Positions 12,174-28,761 of a stretch of 64,000 bases of DNA are shown piece after piece. The DNA lies in assembly GCA_002269645.1 (NCBI GenBank), contig NIVC01002177.1, forward strand, positions 124,001-188,000. The letters are read 5' to 3'. Both the position numbers and the translations under genes were made by a program. Source of the DNA: Macrostomum lignano. Its lineage: Eukaryota. Positions within the stretch are counted from its first letter, which is position 1, and each line of letters opens with the position of its first letter. The notes under the pieces are model-generated. The model did not search any database, was not told the origin of the DNA, and worked only from the letters and a program-made list of their open reading frames with translations.

Positions 12174-14499
12174 TTTTTTGAGTATCCAGCCTGCTCAGAG
12201 CTATTCAAACCATTGCCGACGCGGAACAGACACAAGCGTTCTTTATTTGCATCTCTTCCATAGAAGCGAGCTTCAAATGGAAAAGACAGACCATCAGTTT
12301 TGAGGCAGAGAGCAAACTTTCAGTTTACAGGCCAAACTGCACACGAATGCTGCATAACCCAGCAGAACCGTAGTTGTTTGAACCCAACAAACGCAAACAC
12401 ACCCGCGTGTGTGCAGTGCGTGACTTCTTCTGACCCAGTTAATAGACGAAGCAAAAATTCTGAACTTGGAACACTAATAAAGACGCCTTTAAATAATTAA
12501 TCACTTAGATACTTTTCAAGGAGACTGCCAAGAGTTTGTGCTCTTTATCGTGGAATCGAAGCAATCATAACCAAGTTACTAAGGCAGAAACTATCTATAA
12601 TTTTTATCAACCATAATATTATAATCCTATGGATGAATTGAATTCCATTTTCAATTAATTTTATTCAGAATAGCTAAAGGACTTTGGAAATTGCCCGTGG
12701 AAATGCCAAGGATCTGTGCTTTTTTACTTTTTCATTTGGGCAGCCCAGTGGAAGTTATTAGAGATAGGGCAACGGAGGGCCAGCATATCTGTCCTCCCCA
12801 TTCCTTTCTGCCTCTCCCTTTCTCCATCTCTTTCCGTCGCATCAGGGAATATCCCCTTTGTGCAGCGCACGGAATAAAATAATTCGCGCAAAGTATGGAA
12901 TTAGGCAAACGGACAATTCGCTGTATGCTTGTGCGTGCATTGAATGCCGGCATTCCAATAGGGGGGGGGTGTGCAGATCCCATGCATCTTCCGACCCTCA
13001 GTGCCATTTGTCTGCACTTCCAGGCTATAGGCGCCCATTTGCACAGGCAGTGCAGAAGTTGTGCATATCGAAATAGTCAAGTACTGATGACACCCTGTGC
13101 TTTTTGTCGCATTTAATGCAGTTGTGTTTGCTGTGCCCTCTCTAGCTGCGGATGAGTCTGGGGTTTCCCTGCTATTGTTGACACAACCAGTGCAATCTGT
13201 TTAACCAAAGCACACAGTCTGAACTTTGCAGTGGCTACTCATAGATTGCTTTTAGCAAATTGAATCGACAAAATGATGAAAAAAGTCAAAGCTCCTTATC
13301 TCAAGCTGAGATTCAAATTTGAGTTTACAAGATTCAAGGCAGCTTTATAAAGATTTCATGCTGGAGTTCAGGTGATTTAGTGCCTAGAAATCATTGATTA
13401 ATCTGGGGATTTTGAACCCGAACAGCATTCTCATCCAGCTGCAGAGAAGCAGATTTGAGTGTCTTAGTGCCAATTTGTCAAAGCCAAAGCTTTCTCAAAA
13501 TTAAAAAGGCTCCCCAAGGGACTCGCTAATCCGCTGCAGTCGCCTTTGACCTCGCTGCTTCCTTCCTAACTCAATCAGCCTCAGGTGGCTCGGAGATTAG
13601 CTAAGTACCCCCTCCCCTTAACTTTCCTCCTTTGCTTCACCTCTCGACTCGCTCGACCCGGTGAGTTCCCTGTTTGGCTCAGCAAGCCGCCTTGGCCTGC
13701 GCAATTGAGCACGATAGAAATCAATGCGCACTCGAGCCGCGGTCTTATCCATCCATCTCAGGCGCCACGCCATTCGAATAGCAAAGCGTGAGAGAAAAAA
13801 TTGCCGTTCAGCCCGATGCTTTTTCTCCCATCCATTACAAAATTCTTAGCGAGTGCGCAGCGGCTGTGTGCCTGACAGGCCAGAGTGCAGCAGTGCAGCC
13901 AGGATTAGCGGGGATTTCAAAGGGGGGTCAGGCAAAGAAGAGAAAGGAGTAGAGGGAGAAGGGGAGAGAGGCGACTCAAGAATGCTCTCGGTCCATGCCC
14001 AGCTTCTTCTGCGGATGATAGAAGAAGGGAGAGAGATGGAGAGCAGAGAAAATGAAAGTAGAAAGAGTGGAGAGCGGGAGAAAAGGACAAGCTGAGAGGT
14101 GCAGTGAAGAGGCGGCCGAAGTCATTTCACAGGAAAGCCGCCCCCCTCAATTCCAGCCGTTTCCACCCCACTGCTTCCAGGAAGGCTCCGGCTTCAGAAT
14201 AAAGCCATGCCGTCTGAGAGCTGCACAGAATGGCCGGCCTTTGCCCTCGATCTTCTCCTTCCTATTTTTCTCCCCCAACCCGACTCTCTTTCCAGTTGCT
14301 TTGAAACAATCCAGCTGATTTTCCTTCCTCGTCCCTCGACTGTAAGCCCTAGGGATCTGATCCTATTTAAGAAATCAACTCAGGAAATGCAAAATGCTTT
14401 GATAAAATGCTGGTCGATTCCTTGTTTAATTACTTAATTGAGGGCAACTAAGTACAAGCGTACTTTGATTTAAATCGAGGAATGCTTCTTCTATTCTTA

Positions 14500-14858
14500 G
14501 CCCGTAGCCCAGCGGTCTAGCGCAGCGCTCTGATGTGCCAGCGGCCCAGGCTCGATTCCCAGTGCAGTCACATTAACTTTGGGGCTGAATCGGAATCTCG
14601 GCTTGGCTCTGCTTGTGCTATTAACGCCCTTGAGAGCCAGCCCACAAGGCGCAGTGAAGTGTACATGCCTAACGATAAATAAAGTTAGGGCCGCTGTACA
14701 CTCCTGTGTGAGTGTGTGCCTGTGCGTATGACGCTTGTGTGGCTGCTCAGGGAAGTCGGCGGAATGGGCAGTAATGCCTCTCGCCGGTTGTGTGACAATG
14801 TCGCTTAAAGTGTGCCAGGGTGCACACAGCCCCCAATGTCTCTACCTGTAATAAAAAG
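14500..14858 (+). mobile_element. tRNA-derived SINE family B, copy 1 (full length)
   Basis: Head GCCCGTAGCCCAGCGG (A box) ... GGCTCGATTCC (B box), short A-rich tail, perfect 11-bp TSD TTCTATTCTTA (14489-14499 and 14859-14869). Homologous to 16924 and 49675. Confidence 0.85.
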
Positions 14859-14937
14859 TTCTATTCTTATAACATTACACTCGCACACTTTCCCGTCTTT
14901 CCCGCAGGTGCACCCTGTGAATTGCCCCAGAAACGGC

Positions 14938-17615
<2,678 letters not shown>

Positions 17616-18783
17616 GGGACAGCCGTGCTGGACAGTCACTGCGCGGATAGTGAGCTGTAAAAATACGAACAGACTAAAGTAGTTTTCCGCTCGTCACCAT
17701 TCGTTGTTTATACAGTCCGGACCCCCTACCTTCTCTGGAGTTTGAAATCCGCATTATACTACTAACAATATCAATTACCATCAATCCCGCACAAATGTCT
17801 ACTCGTTCAATCTTTCAGTCTAGATGCGCAATTCAATGTGTCTCGTGCTTTCTGTGTTTTACTTGCAAGACAGTACGATGCAAGTTATTAATATATAAGT
17901 GATTCAAACAGCGCTTAGATATAGTTATCTTAGCCAAAATTATGGTGATTGTGAAGTGTATTAGTTCTGATTATAGACAGACTAAATTGCTTTGCGGTAA
18001 GCGACCCCCGAAACAGCAAGCTAAATCAAGCAGTGTGAAAATGCAACTCCATATTTTGCATCCCAGCAAGATAGGAAATATTCGTTTCCGTTACCTGTGC
18101 TCCTTACCCACTTGGCTACACATATCAGCAGGATATTTTTGCCCTATTTTCGTACCCGCTTATTTTATGGAAATGAATCCGGCAAGACCAAGCACCCATG
18201 CGCACAAAGCATTATTCCCAAGCACGCCTATAGTGTATCAGCGTCGAGCACAATTCTATCCAAATGGAGATACGGCGCTGCATTTTGATGCGTTTATATG
18301 GATAAACCTGTCGCTATATTCAACTTTCACGTTTTCATTCTTTGTTTAGAAGGCGAGGCAGATCAATATGGCTGCTTGCTGCTCTTCCAGCGTCATAATT
18401 GGCATTGTTATCCGTAATTCGCTCACTTTTTGCTTTTTTGTGTTTATTTGTTGTGTAATTTTATTTTCTGTAACAAGCTGCTCTCGGTTTTGGGGCTGAC
18501 CCTATTGAGGTCAGATTTGGCACGAAATTTAGTCCGTGTAACTCCAGCAATTAGCTCCTTTCCGTGTACACAAATATAATAATATGCACTAAAAATAGAA
18601 TTAAATTGTGTTCGTCTGAAGCAATATATTTTCGATACTTACTGACGCACTAAACACTACTTCCCAAGTAGAACACATAGCAGCAGTTGTGCGCACACTT
18701 GCCGAAAAATGCAGAAAAAAATACTAGAAATACTAAGGAAGCAGAGAAGCGAAAGTCAGAAAAAGAGAAGAAGGCAAATAAGG

Positions 18784-20936
18784 TTTAGCCATAGACTACA
18801 GTTATTTAGACCACAGTTAGCCATAGACTACAGTTATTTAGACCACAGTTAGCCATAGACTACAGTTATTTAGACCACAGTTAGCCATAGACTACAGTTA
18901 TTTAGACCACAGTTAGCCATAGACTACAGTTATTTAGACCACAGTTAGCCATCGACTACAGTTATTTAGACCACAGTTAGCCATCGACTACAGTTATTTA
19001 GACCACAGTTAGCCATAGACTACAGTTATTTAGACCACAGTTAGCCATCGACTACAGTTATTTAGAACACAGTTAGCCATCGACTACAGTTATTTAGAAC
19101 ACAGTTAGCCATCGACTACAGTTATTTAGACCACAGTTAGCCATCGACTACAGTTATTTAGACCACAGTTAGCCATAGACTACAGTTATTTAGACCACAG
19201 TTAGCCATAGACTACAGTTATTTAGACCACAGTTAGCCATCGACTACAGTTATTTAGAACACAGTTAGCCATCGACTACAGTTATTTAGAACACAGTTAG
19301 CCATCGACTACAGTTATTTAGACCACAGTTAGCCATCGACTACAGTTATTTAGACCACAGTTAGCCATAGACTACAGTTATTTAGACCACAGTTAGCCAT
19401 CGACTACAGTTATTTAGACCACAGTTAGCCATAGACTACAGTTATTTAGACCACAGTTAGCCATCGACTACAGTTATTTAGACCACAGTTAGCCATAGAC
19501 TACAGTTATCTAGACCACAGTTAGCCATAGACTACAGTTATTTAGACCACAGTTAGCCATCGACTACAGTTATTTAGAACACAGTTAGCCATAGACTACA
19601 GTTATTTAGACCACAGTTAGCCAAAGATTACAGTTATTTAGACCACAGTTAGCCAAAGATTACAGTTATTTAGACCACAGTTAGCCATCGACTACAGTTA
19701 TTTAGACCACAGTTAGCCATCGACTACAGTTATTTAGACCACAGTTAGCCATAGACTACTGTTATTTAGACCACAGTTAGCCATCGACTACAGTTATTTA
19801 GACCACAGTTAGCCATCGACTACAGTTATTTAGACCACAGTTAGCCATAGACTACAGTTATTTAGACCACAGTTAGCCATAGACTACAGTTATTTAGACC
19901 ACAGTTAGCCATAGACTACAGTTATTTAGACCACAGTTAGCCATCGACTACAGTTATTTAGACCACAGTTAGCCATAGACTACAGTTATCTAGACCACAG
20001 TTAGCCATAGACTACAGTTATTTAGACCACAGTTAGCCATCGACTACAGTTATTTAGAACACAGTTAGCCATAGACTACAGTTATTTAGACCACAGTTAG
20101 CCAAAGATTACAGTTATTTAGACCACAGTTAGCCAAAGATTACAGTTATTTAGACCACAGTTAGCCATCGACTACAGTTATTTAGACCACAGTTAGCCAT
20201 CGACTACAGTTATTTAGACCACAGTTAGCCATAGACTACTGTTATTTAGACCACAGTTAGCCATCGACTACAGTTATTTAGACCACAGTTAGCCATCGAC
20301 TACAGTTATTTAGACCACAGTTAGCCATAGACTACATTATTTAGACCACAGTTAGCCATAGACTACAGTTATTTAGACCACAGTTAGCCAAAGACTACAG
20401 TTATTTAGACCACAGTTAGCCATAGACTACAGTTATTTAGACCACAGTTAGCCATCGACTACAGTTATTTAGACCACAGTTAGCCATAGACTACAGTTAT
20501 TTAGACCACAGTTAGCCATCGACTACAGTTATTTAGACCACAGTTAGCCATCGACTACATTATTTAGACCACAGTTAGCCATAGACTACAGTTATTTAGA
20601 CCACAGTTAGCCAAAGACTACAGTTATTTAGACCACAGTTAGCCATAGACTACAGTTATTTAGACCACAGTTAGCCATCGACTACAGTTATTTAGACCAC
20701 AGTTAGCCATAGACTACAGTTATTTAGACCACAGTTAGCCATCGACTACAGTTATTTAGACCACAGTTAGCCATCGACTACAGTTATTTAGACCACAGTT
20801 AGCCATAGACTACATTATTTAGACCACAGTTAGCCATAGACTACAGTTATTTAGACCACAGTTAGCCAAAGAATACATTATTTAGACCACAGTTAGCCAT
20901 CGACTACAGTTATCTAGACCACAGTTAGCCATAGAC
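18784..20936. repeat. 32-bp satellite AGTTAGCCATAGACTACAGTTATTTAGACCAC, about 67 copies
   Basis: Period 32 measured from the sequence. Contains an internal 480-bp higher-order duplication. Confidence 0.97.
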
Positions 20937-22340
20937 CATCCTGACATCCCAGGTTAAAAGCCTACAGAACAAAGACAGGTTGGGCCATAGACTCGCTGAG
21001 AAAGTCGTCTTAGAGACAAGAATACAGAGGATTAGTCTGACACTGATGATAACAGAACACTTCTTCTGCTGATTCGAAGGTCTACCGCTGTACGTAGTCA
21101 ACTGAAGGTTCACTGTATCCATGCAAAGTCGTCTCTCACAAAACTCTGCGGCTGTTAATTGCAAGTTTGGGCGTCCAACCCTCTGCTTGCTTGTCAGAAA
21201 TTCGAACTTTTTCCTTGTCTTTCCCTGAAGTTAATGGTCTAGCATGCTCATACTACTTAAAAGTACTTGAATTTGTTTAAACTCTGCAACAGACTTGATT
21301 TTTACAAAAAATAGCTTGGACCAAAACATGGGACGGAGCCATTCATTGAAGTGTTCCAGAGTAATGACAGGCAGCCTTTGCTGAGCTGTTTGCTTCTCAA
21401 CAGCAGACATCGGCCGGCCTTATCAATCTGGCCTCGGGGTGAGCGGATGAGCCGCAGTGAGAAGCGCAGGACGCAGATGATTCTGGGCGATAAACTCAGA
21501 TTACAAGTTATAGCCCTTGATCCCTTCATCAGGGAGGCTGGCAGACTGGTTGAGCAGCGGAGACCGGCCCTCATCGGGCGGCTGCTCTCCATCTTCTGCT
21601 TGTTTATATCCCCCTGGAATTTTATTCCCAGAGAAGACGGACGAGACCGGCCTGCTAGAGGGGAAATTAGACTCAAATACGCTACCGAGGGATTGGCCGG
21701 CGCTCCTTTAGAAGGCCGGGGAGAGAGGGACTGCAGCTGGCTATCCGGGATCAGCTGAGAGCCGAGTGGAATTAAGCTGGCAGAGAAGTTGATAAGACTG
21801 AATCATTCCAGCTTCTTCTTTTGAGACACAAGAATATATCGAAAAATGAATCAATATTGCAAATTTGGTTTCCGAGGCTGCTTTCATAAGAAAATATTGA
21901 CAAAAATATTAAACAATTACACCATTTTACCTCATATTTTGAACAAAGTCTTATTCAAAAGAGACAAGCAGAACTTCAATTCAAACACTAAGAAATATCA
22001 GCCATTGCGGAAATTCAAATCAAACAAAGTCCCTTTCTATTGAAACAGAAGAACTTCAATTCAGACTGTCTGTGGCCAAAATTGTCCCCGAGTGACGCGC
22101 ATGCGCAAACTTGAAATTCAAAAGAAACAAAGTCACATTCTATTTCGACAAAGGGATAAAACACAACATATCGACGAACATAAGAGTAAAATGAAAAACA
22201 GGAACAAGACAGTGTCAGTTGGCCTTTAGTGTATTTAGTGTATTTAGCCTTTGTTTTCAATATGGTTCTCACTTAGCTTTAAAAATTTTCTCACTTTGCT
22301 TGCAAGGCGATCCCAAAAAGCTGGGCTGCAGCGAGGGGTG

Positions 22341-22511
22341 GCCATAGACAATAGTGTTTTTGCTATTCAGTCTCAGATTGTTTGAAAAATGCCTCACTTA
22401 GCATGCAAAAACCAAGGACAACTTGATAACTGATATCGAGTTGTCCTTGGCAAAAACCAATATTCTGTCTTGTAGAGAAATCTAATTTTCCCTACCGATT
22501 TTGTCTATGGC
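22341..22511. mobile_element. Small palindromic MITE-like element
   Basis: Perfect 11-bp inverted repeat GCCATAGACAA / TTGTCTATGGC plus a central hairpin CCAAGGACAACT...AGTTGTCCTTGG (22412-22450). No TSD found. Confidence 0.45.
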
Positions 22512-25500
22512 GCGACCCCCCACTCAGCGTTATGCATTCTCGGGAGCATGCTCTGATTGAGTAGAGCAGACCACGCTAGGTTTCCGAAGAAGCATTTTTG
22601 TGTCTGGTTTACAACAAGCATCGGTAGCTCTCCATTTCTTTACCGGTAAGCATTGCTTGCTAGGCCTAATCAAGCCTGAACGAGTAACTGTCTCAAAGAT
22701 GTGCTAATGACTTCTCATCGCCCTGCCCGTGAGCTGTCAACTTCCTCAAAGCAATGCAATGCCGCCCCTTACCAATCAAAATCGTCTTTTTCCTTTTTCC
22801 TCCCGCTCCAGCTCGAGTGTCCATCTCAGCTCAAGCCTCAGCTCCCTTCTAAACTCTTTTGCACGTTTCTCCACCCGGGAAAATCAATGTATAATCGTTG
22901 CGGGCCTGTCCTCTCGGTCTGCTCCTCTAGAAGCTTGCCAGCGACCTCACCTTTGAGACACTTGACTTACGGATGACCGAAGACCTTCTAGGGTCATGGG
23001 GATAGGACAAGAAAGGGACGAAAAAAGTAAGGGAAATTTCGCATGCCCGCGACAACCCCATTGGCTTGTCTTGCCCAGCCAGCTTGCCCGCAGTAACTAA
23101 GCCAATTACTCCCGCAGTCTGCAGGCATCTGGCACCGCCAGCAGCATGCCGCCTCCGAGACTGGTCAGTCCCCCGACTCATCTTAACGCGTGAGTGGCAA
23201 CGCAAGAGGCTGGCTATAGAGAGAGAAGGAGTGTTCTTTGAGAATGCGATCTCGCCCACTGCATCACTGACGGACCCCTATGCGGTCTCGCGGGTTTCAC
23301 CGAGCGTTTTCTATTCAAGAATTGTATTCGAGCATCACATTCCTTGCAAAACATTCTCCCTACTGTTTTGTAGCCGCGCGCGTGTCCAGACTAGCGTGAA
23401 ATGCCGCCCATCCAGTTGGCTTTGATTGAGAGCGCTTCCTTCATTCCGTCTGGGCTCCTCCGAGGCCTTTTTTGTAATGCCTCTCATTTTCGGCCTCTCG
23501 TTGAGTCTTCAACACTGGCAATCTTTGATGATGAGAATAAACTCTTTATTTAGCTGTCAATCTAGTCTAAATCGTGAATAATGAGGCACCGTTGTGACCA
23601 TCTTTGTCACAAAATAGACCAAATATACCCTGGTTGTGTTTCGGTGATCTGCTATTACCTTAGTAAATAATTGATCATTGCCCTTAGCGCTTCTTTTCGA
23701 TGCTTTGGGTCGGCGGGGGTTTCGGGAAATATGCTACAAATGTAACGCACAAGTTGCAGGACAGGTAATCACAGGGTTGCGTCCCTAATTATAATCCTCC
23801 TTTCCTGTTGTCGTTCTGTCTTTCAGAAAAGCCAGTAGCTGAATATTATTGCTATTCTGGCCTTTCTTGTTTTATGTGCTTTTTTCCAAATAAAGTCAAA
23901 ACAACAAGTTCAACTTGTTGAATTGCAAGCACAAAGCCAGGGCAGAAAACCTTTTTTTACCAAAGTCCACCGAGTTTAGCTTGGTGCCCTAATTAAACAA
24001 TTCTAAGAACGAAGCAGTTTTGATAGCGACTACAACTACAGGTTGGCTGTTACTATGAAACACTCAGCAGCAGGGTCAGGCCTGCACACTGCGGTACCGG
24101 ACAAGATCTCCTGCCATTGGTCGGCAATTATCCTAGCGTTTCTACCTAACAAAGCATGCCTTCTTATTACATATTGGCAGCCAAAGCTAGTAATCGGTAC
24201 AACAGAAGAGATTCAAGCCCGGACTGAAGCACAAAAAAGTAGCTTCATTGAGAAATATTTGCTTTTCCACAAAAGCAGTCACCGAGGCCACACTGTAAGT
24301 GCTACTCGTACATCTAAAATCAGTTGTCTTTTTTTAATTTCTCCGTCTGGCATCCATACACGATCCTGATCACGCTGGTGTTGCATTAGCGACAATTTAC
24401 TCGTAGTTGGCCTAGTAGTTTTCATACGAGCTAACTTGCACGCTTTGTGTACACTGATTAGACAAGATGTACTTGAAGCAGTGTATAGGCGTATTTAGCA
24501 AACATAATTATACGATAAAATCATAAGGTTAAATATATATTAAAAACGTAAAAGATGCGCACAGAAGAAAGCACACAGCTTATATTACAGCAGCTGTAGG
24601 CGGTCTCCATGCTAAAAGGCTAAAAGATAAATGCTAGACGAATACCTCGAGATTCGCGGTATCCAATAAACAATCAATTTAAACTGTTCGGTCAAGGGGG
24701 TCCTTGAAGAATGGCGGTGCCGTGCGGCTAAAGCACTCAGACTGCTGCAGTGCGATTCGTGGGGGGGGGGGCAGCTGGAGGGATGCAAAACTGCGCAACC
24801 ATCCCAGCGCAATCAATCCGTGCTGCAAACGGATCCTCCTTCATATCCCCGCCATCCGCTGTCCCAATGCGCAGAGTGTCAGAGTTGACAAAGCGGGGGC
24901 CGCTGCATCCGGCATGCAAGAAATCAGAGCCCGCGGATGGGTTGTCCCAGTTGCTGGAGGAGGACAGAAAGTGAGGAAAAATGATTTGAAGTGGGTCTAA
25001 GCTGCGGGCTAGACCATAAAAAGAGACCATTCAATCTTTCTGCTGTCAAGAATTTCTGCTACAATTCCGGAGAAAAGCAATGATTTGTCGGTCGGGCAGC
25101 CCCATTGAAAGATTCAAATAAATTTTCCTTCATTCTTTATAAACAGCTACCTAAATGATTAGTTGACCGTTCCTGCCGCACGCTTGTGAGCATTGTTAAA
25201 TGCCCATTACCATGCTTGAATGAGTCAACTGCTCAACATGGGAAATTTCTCACGCATCTGCTGCGGTATTTTGGAAAGCTCAGATCGACTTGTTGGCTAG
25301 CAACAGACTCTCATGTTTATGGCCCCGGTTAACGGCTTGAATAATTTTGTAGATTAACCAACTGGCTTTCAAAACTGCATTATAACTCTCATTTTGCCCC
25401 ATAATGGAGCAATAATTCTCTCTCTAGGTGCTGACTCTGCAGCGCAATGCTACAAATAATAAGTATGCTTGTTATTTTAAAAGAAACGCAAAATACACTT

Positions 25501-27372
25501 GCAGGGCTTCACAGGACTTGCTTATCTACGCCCGTATCTAAAACTGCCTGGTAGATCCTCTCCTAAGGCCCTACATGTACCTGCAGCGCTGGTCCCAGAT
25601 AACGCTACTACACTCGTATAGATAATTCCTCTTCTGCCACTCGCTCTTTAAATTGCCACTCCGTTTCGACTATAAGATATCGAGTGCAGCTTAGCATAGT
25701 ACTGTACCGAGTTCAGGAAATACCAGTCTGATATGTCACCGCATGTGGCCGCCATCGAATTGAGTACGTGGCAACACGCTCGCGGAAATTCGATACGCAG
25801 CAATGGCAACTGAAAAAAAACTATAGTCACTTTTGCAGCCCTGATATGGCTTTTCGAAAAATATCTTTCAAGGAAATCGAAATGCAAAATCTGAGCTGGC
25901 GGTAACCTCTTCACCCGACATTAATTGGGGTCTGTGCCCGTTAAGCAACTGTTGCTTAGGTTAGTTGCTGTGAAAACTTCTTGCTCGCATGAATGCAGAA
26001 GTTGCAGACGCGCAGTTTAACTGTATATTGCACTCTGTTCAGCCGGCTTAGCAACAAGATTGGCACCGTCACGAGTATTTTCTATTTAGTCCCTTTGTAG
26101 ACCTCTAGACCCTGAGAAGCCCCCCCCCCACGGCACAGCATGGGGTTGGGGCGCGCATGCCACGGGAAAAGCTACTAAGGAGAAACTTGTGCTGCAGTCA
26201 GTCAGATGGGAGCCCCTGACTAGCTGGCGTCCTCTAGCCAACAAGGCCTGTTACCGAGGCCCATATAGAGGAAGGTATGGGAGGAACCGCCTGCCCGGAG
26301 ACAGCAGCGCCCAGTTTGGTACAGTCAGTCTCAATTAACCAAATACCGGCATCTCCGCACCTTTCAGGCCGGCACCTTCCACAAAAGTTGCTTGTCCCTC
26401 GGTACTGTTGTTTTTCTATTCTGCGGTATCTGCCTCTGCCCATCTATTGCACGGGAAAACACAGTTCCAGTGCTATAGCTATCCATGTGTCGCGGCAAGC
26501 CTGCGCATTATTTGAACGGCATTTGATGCAAAAAAGTTGGGGCCGCCTGTCCTCCCTTCATCCCAGCGCGGCGTGGGGTCCCCCTGTAGCCAGCGTCTCT
26601 GTCATCCCTTCTGTGACTGCACGGAGATTTGATAAACCCGCTCGGACAGACGATGACCGCATCTGATCGGGGCCGTTGAGGTATTTCTTTAGTTTGGATG
26701 ATAAACATTTGCCATGACTAACTCAGGCTTGCAATGGGAGCGCATTTATCAATGCTATAGTTATGAATAGCTTGACAGCATAATAAAATATCCTACAGAA
26801 AGGAGAACAGGGCACCGATATTTAGGATTTGTGAGGTATTTTTCTACAGTATAATCAAAGGACCGTCTCACAGTCACAAGCAGAACTGGGACTGGGCAAT
26901 CCAAAAAGGAGCACCCAGTGCAAAAATCCATGGGAACTGCTGGATCCCCAGCCACCTGTTGTTAGCATTGCTCAAAGGAGTTAGAGCAGCCGATGGGATG
27001 GGTGCTTGGCTTTTTAATATGTTGGCTCCTCTGCCTGGATTTATTAGCGCTGTGTGGACTGAGGGAAGAAGAGACTTCTGCAGCACAAGCCATGAAGACT
27101 TGCCGTTGGGAAAACTGAGCCGACTTGGCCCCCACGCAGTGAGTGGACTCTCCATCATAATGTTTGCTCATTTTAACCCGGCCCGAGGCAAAACTCAAAC
27201 ATCGCCCGATGAGCTCCAACAAAGCAGGTCTTGCCCCCGAAAGTTGAAGCCGTCAACAGTTACGAATATTGCTAGTCAAATTGGGTCCTACCTCACAAGT
27301 GATTGCGCTCATTGGGAATCAGTAGGTAGGAAAGTTTCATCAAAATCATTTGCAGAATTCGCAGAACTCGCA

Positions 27373-28761
27373 GACCCCAGATTAATGCGACCGGTCAGCC
27401 CAGGGACTGTAGCGAGAGACCCCAGATTAATGCGACCGGTCAGCCCAGGGACTGTGGCGAGAGACCCCAGATTAATGCGACCGGTCAGCCCAGGGACTGT
27501 GGCGAGAGACCCCAGATTAATGCGACCGGTCAGCCCAGGGACTGTGGCGAGAGACCACAGATTAATGCGACCGGTCAGCCCAGGGACTGTAGCGAGAGAC
27601 CCCAGATTAATGCGACCGGTCAGCCCAGGGACTGTGGCGAGAGACCCCAGATTAATGCGACCGGTCAGCCCAGGGACTGTAGCGAGAGACCCCAGATTAA
27701 TGCGACCGGTCAGCCCAGGGACTGTGGCGAGAGACCCCAGATTAATGCGACCGGTCAGCCCAGGGACTGTGGCGAGAGACCACAGATTAATGCGACCGGT
27801 CAGCCCAGGGACTGTGGCGAGAGACCCCAGATTAATGCGACCGGTCAGCCCAGGGACTGTAGCGAGAGACCCCAGATTAATGCGACCGGTCAGCCCAGGG
27901 ACTGTGGCGAGAGACCCCAGATTAATGCGACCGGTCAGCCCAGGGACTGTGGCGAGAGACCACAGATTAATGCGACCGGTCAGCCCAGGGACTGTGGCGA
28001 GAGACCCCAGATTAATGCGACCGGTCAGCCCAGGGACTGTGGCGAGAGACCCCAGATTAATGCGACCGGTCAGCCCAGGGACTGTGGCGAGAGACCACAG
28101 ATTAATGCGACCGGTCAGCCCAGGGACTGTGGCGAGAGACCACAGATTAATGCGACCGGTCAGCCCAGGGACTGTGGCGAGAGACCCCAGATTAATGCGA
28201 CCGGTCAGCCCAGGGACTGTGGCGAGAGACCACAGATTAATGCGACCGGTCAGCCCAGGGACTGTAGCGAGAGACCCCAGATTAATGCGACCGGTCAGCC
28301 CAGGGACTGTAGCGAGAGACCCCAGATTAATGCGACCGGTCAGCCCAGGGACTGTGGCGAGAGACCACAGATTAATGCGACCGGTCAGCCCAGGGACTGT
28401 AGCGAGAGACCCCAGATTAATGCGACCGGTCAGCCCAGGGACTGTGGCGAGAGACCCCAGATTAATGCGACCGGTCAGCCCAGGGACTGTGGCGAGAGAC
28501 CACAGATTAATGCGACCGGTCAGCCCAGGGACTGTGGCGAGAGACCCCAGATTAATGCGACCGGTCAGCCCAGGGACTGTGGCGAGAGACCCCAGATTAA
28601 TGCGACCGGTCAGCCCAGGGACTGTGGCGAGAGACCACAGATTAATGCGACCGGTCAGCCCAGGGACTGTGGCGAGAGACCACAGATTAATGCGACCGGT
28701 CAGCCCAGGGACTGTGGCGAGAGACCCCAGATTAATGCGACCGGTCAGCCCAGGGACTGTG
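27373..28761. repeat. 45-bp minisatellite GACCCCAGATTAATGCGACCGGTCAGCCCAGGGACTGTGGCGAGA, about 31 copies
   Basis: Read directly. Only two variable positions. One frame is open on each strand. Confidence 0.97.

Noticed and set aside
11600-12303. Long ORFs (PSFL / RKEG repeats)
   Set aside because: Translations of the GGAA microsatellite.
27373-28761. Repeat peptide as a substrate of the neighbouring NDR kinase
   Set aside because: The NDR/LATS consensus needs His at -5 (HxRxxS); the His variant here is at -7.
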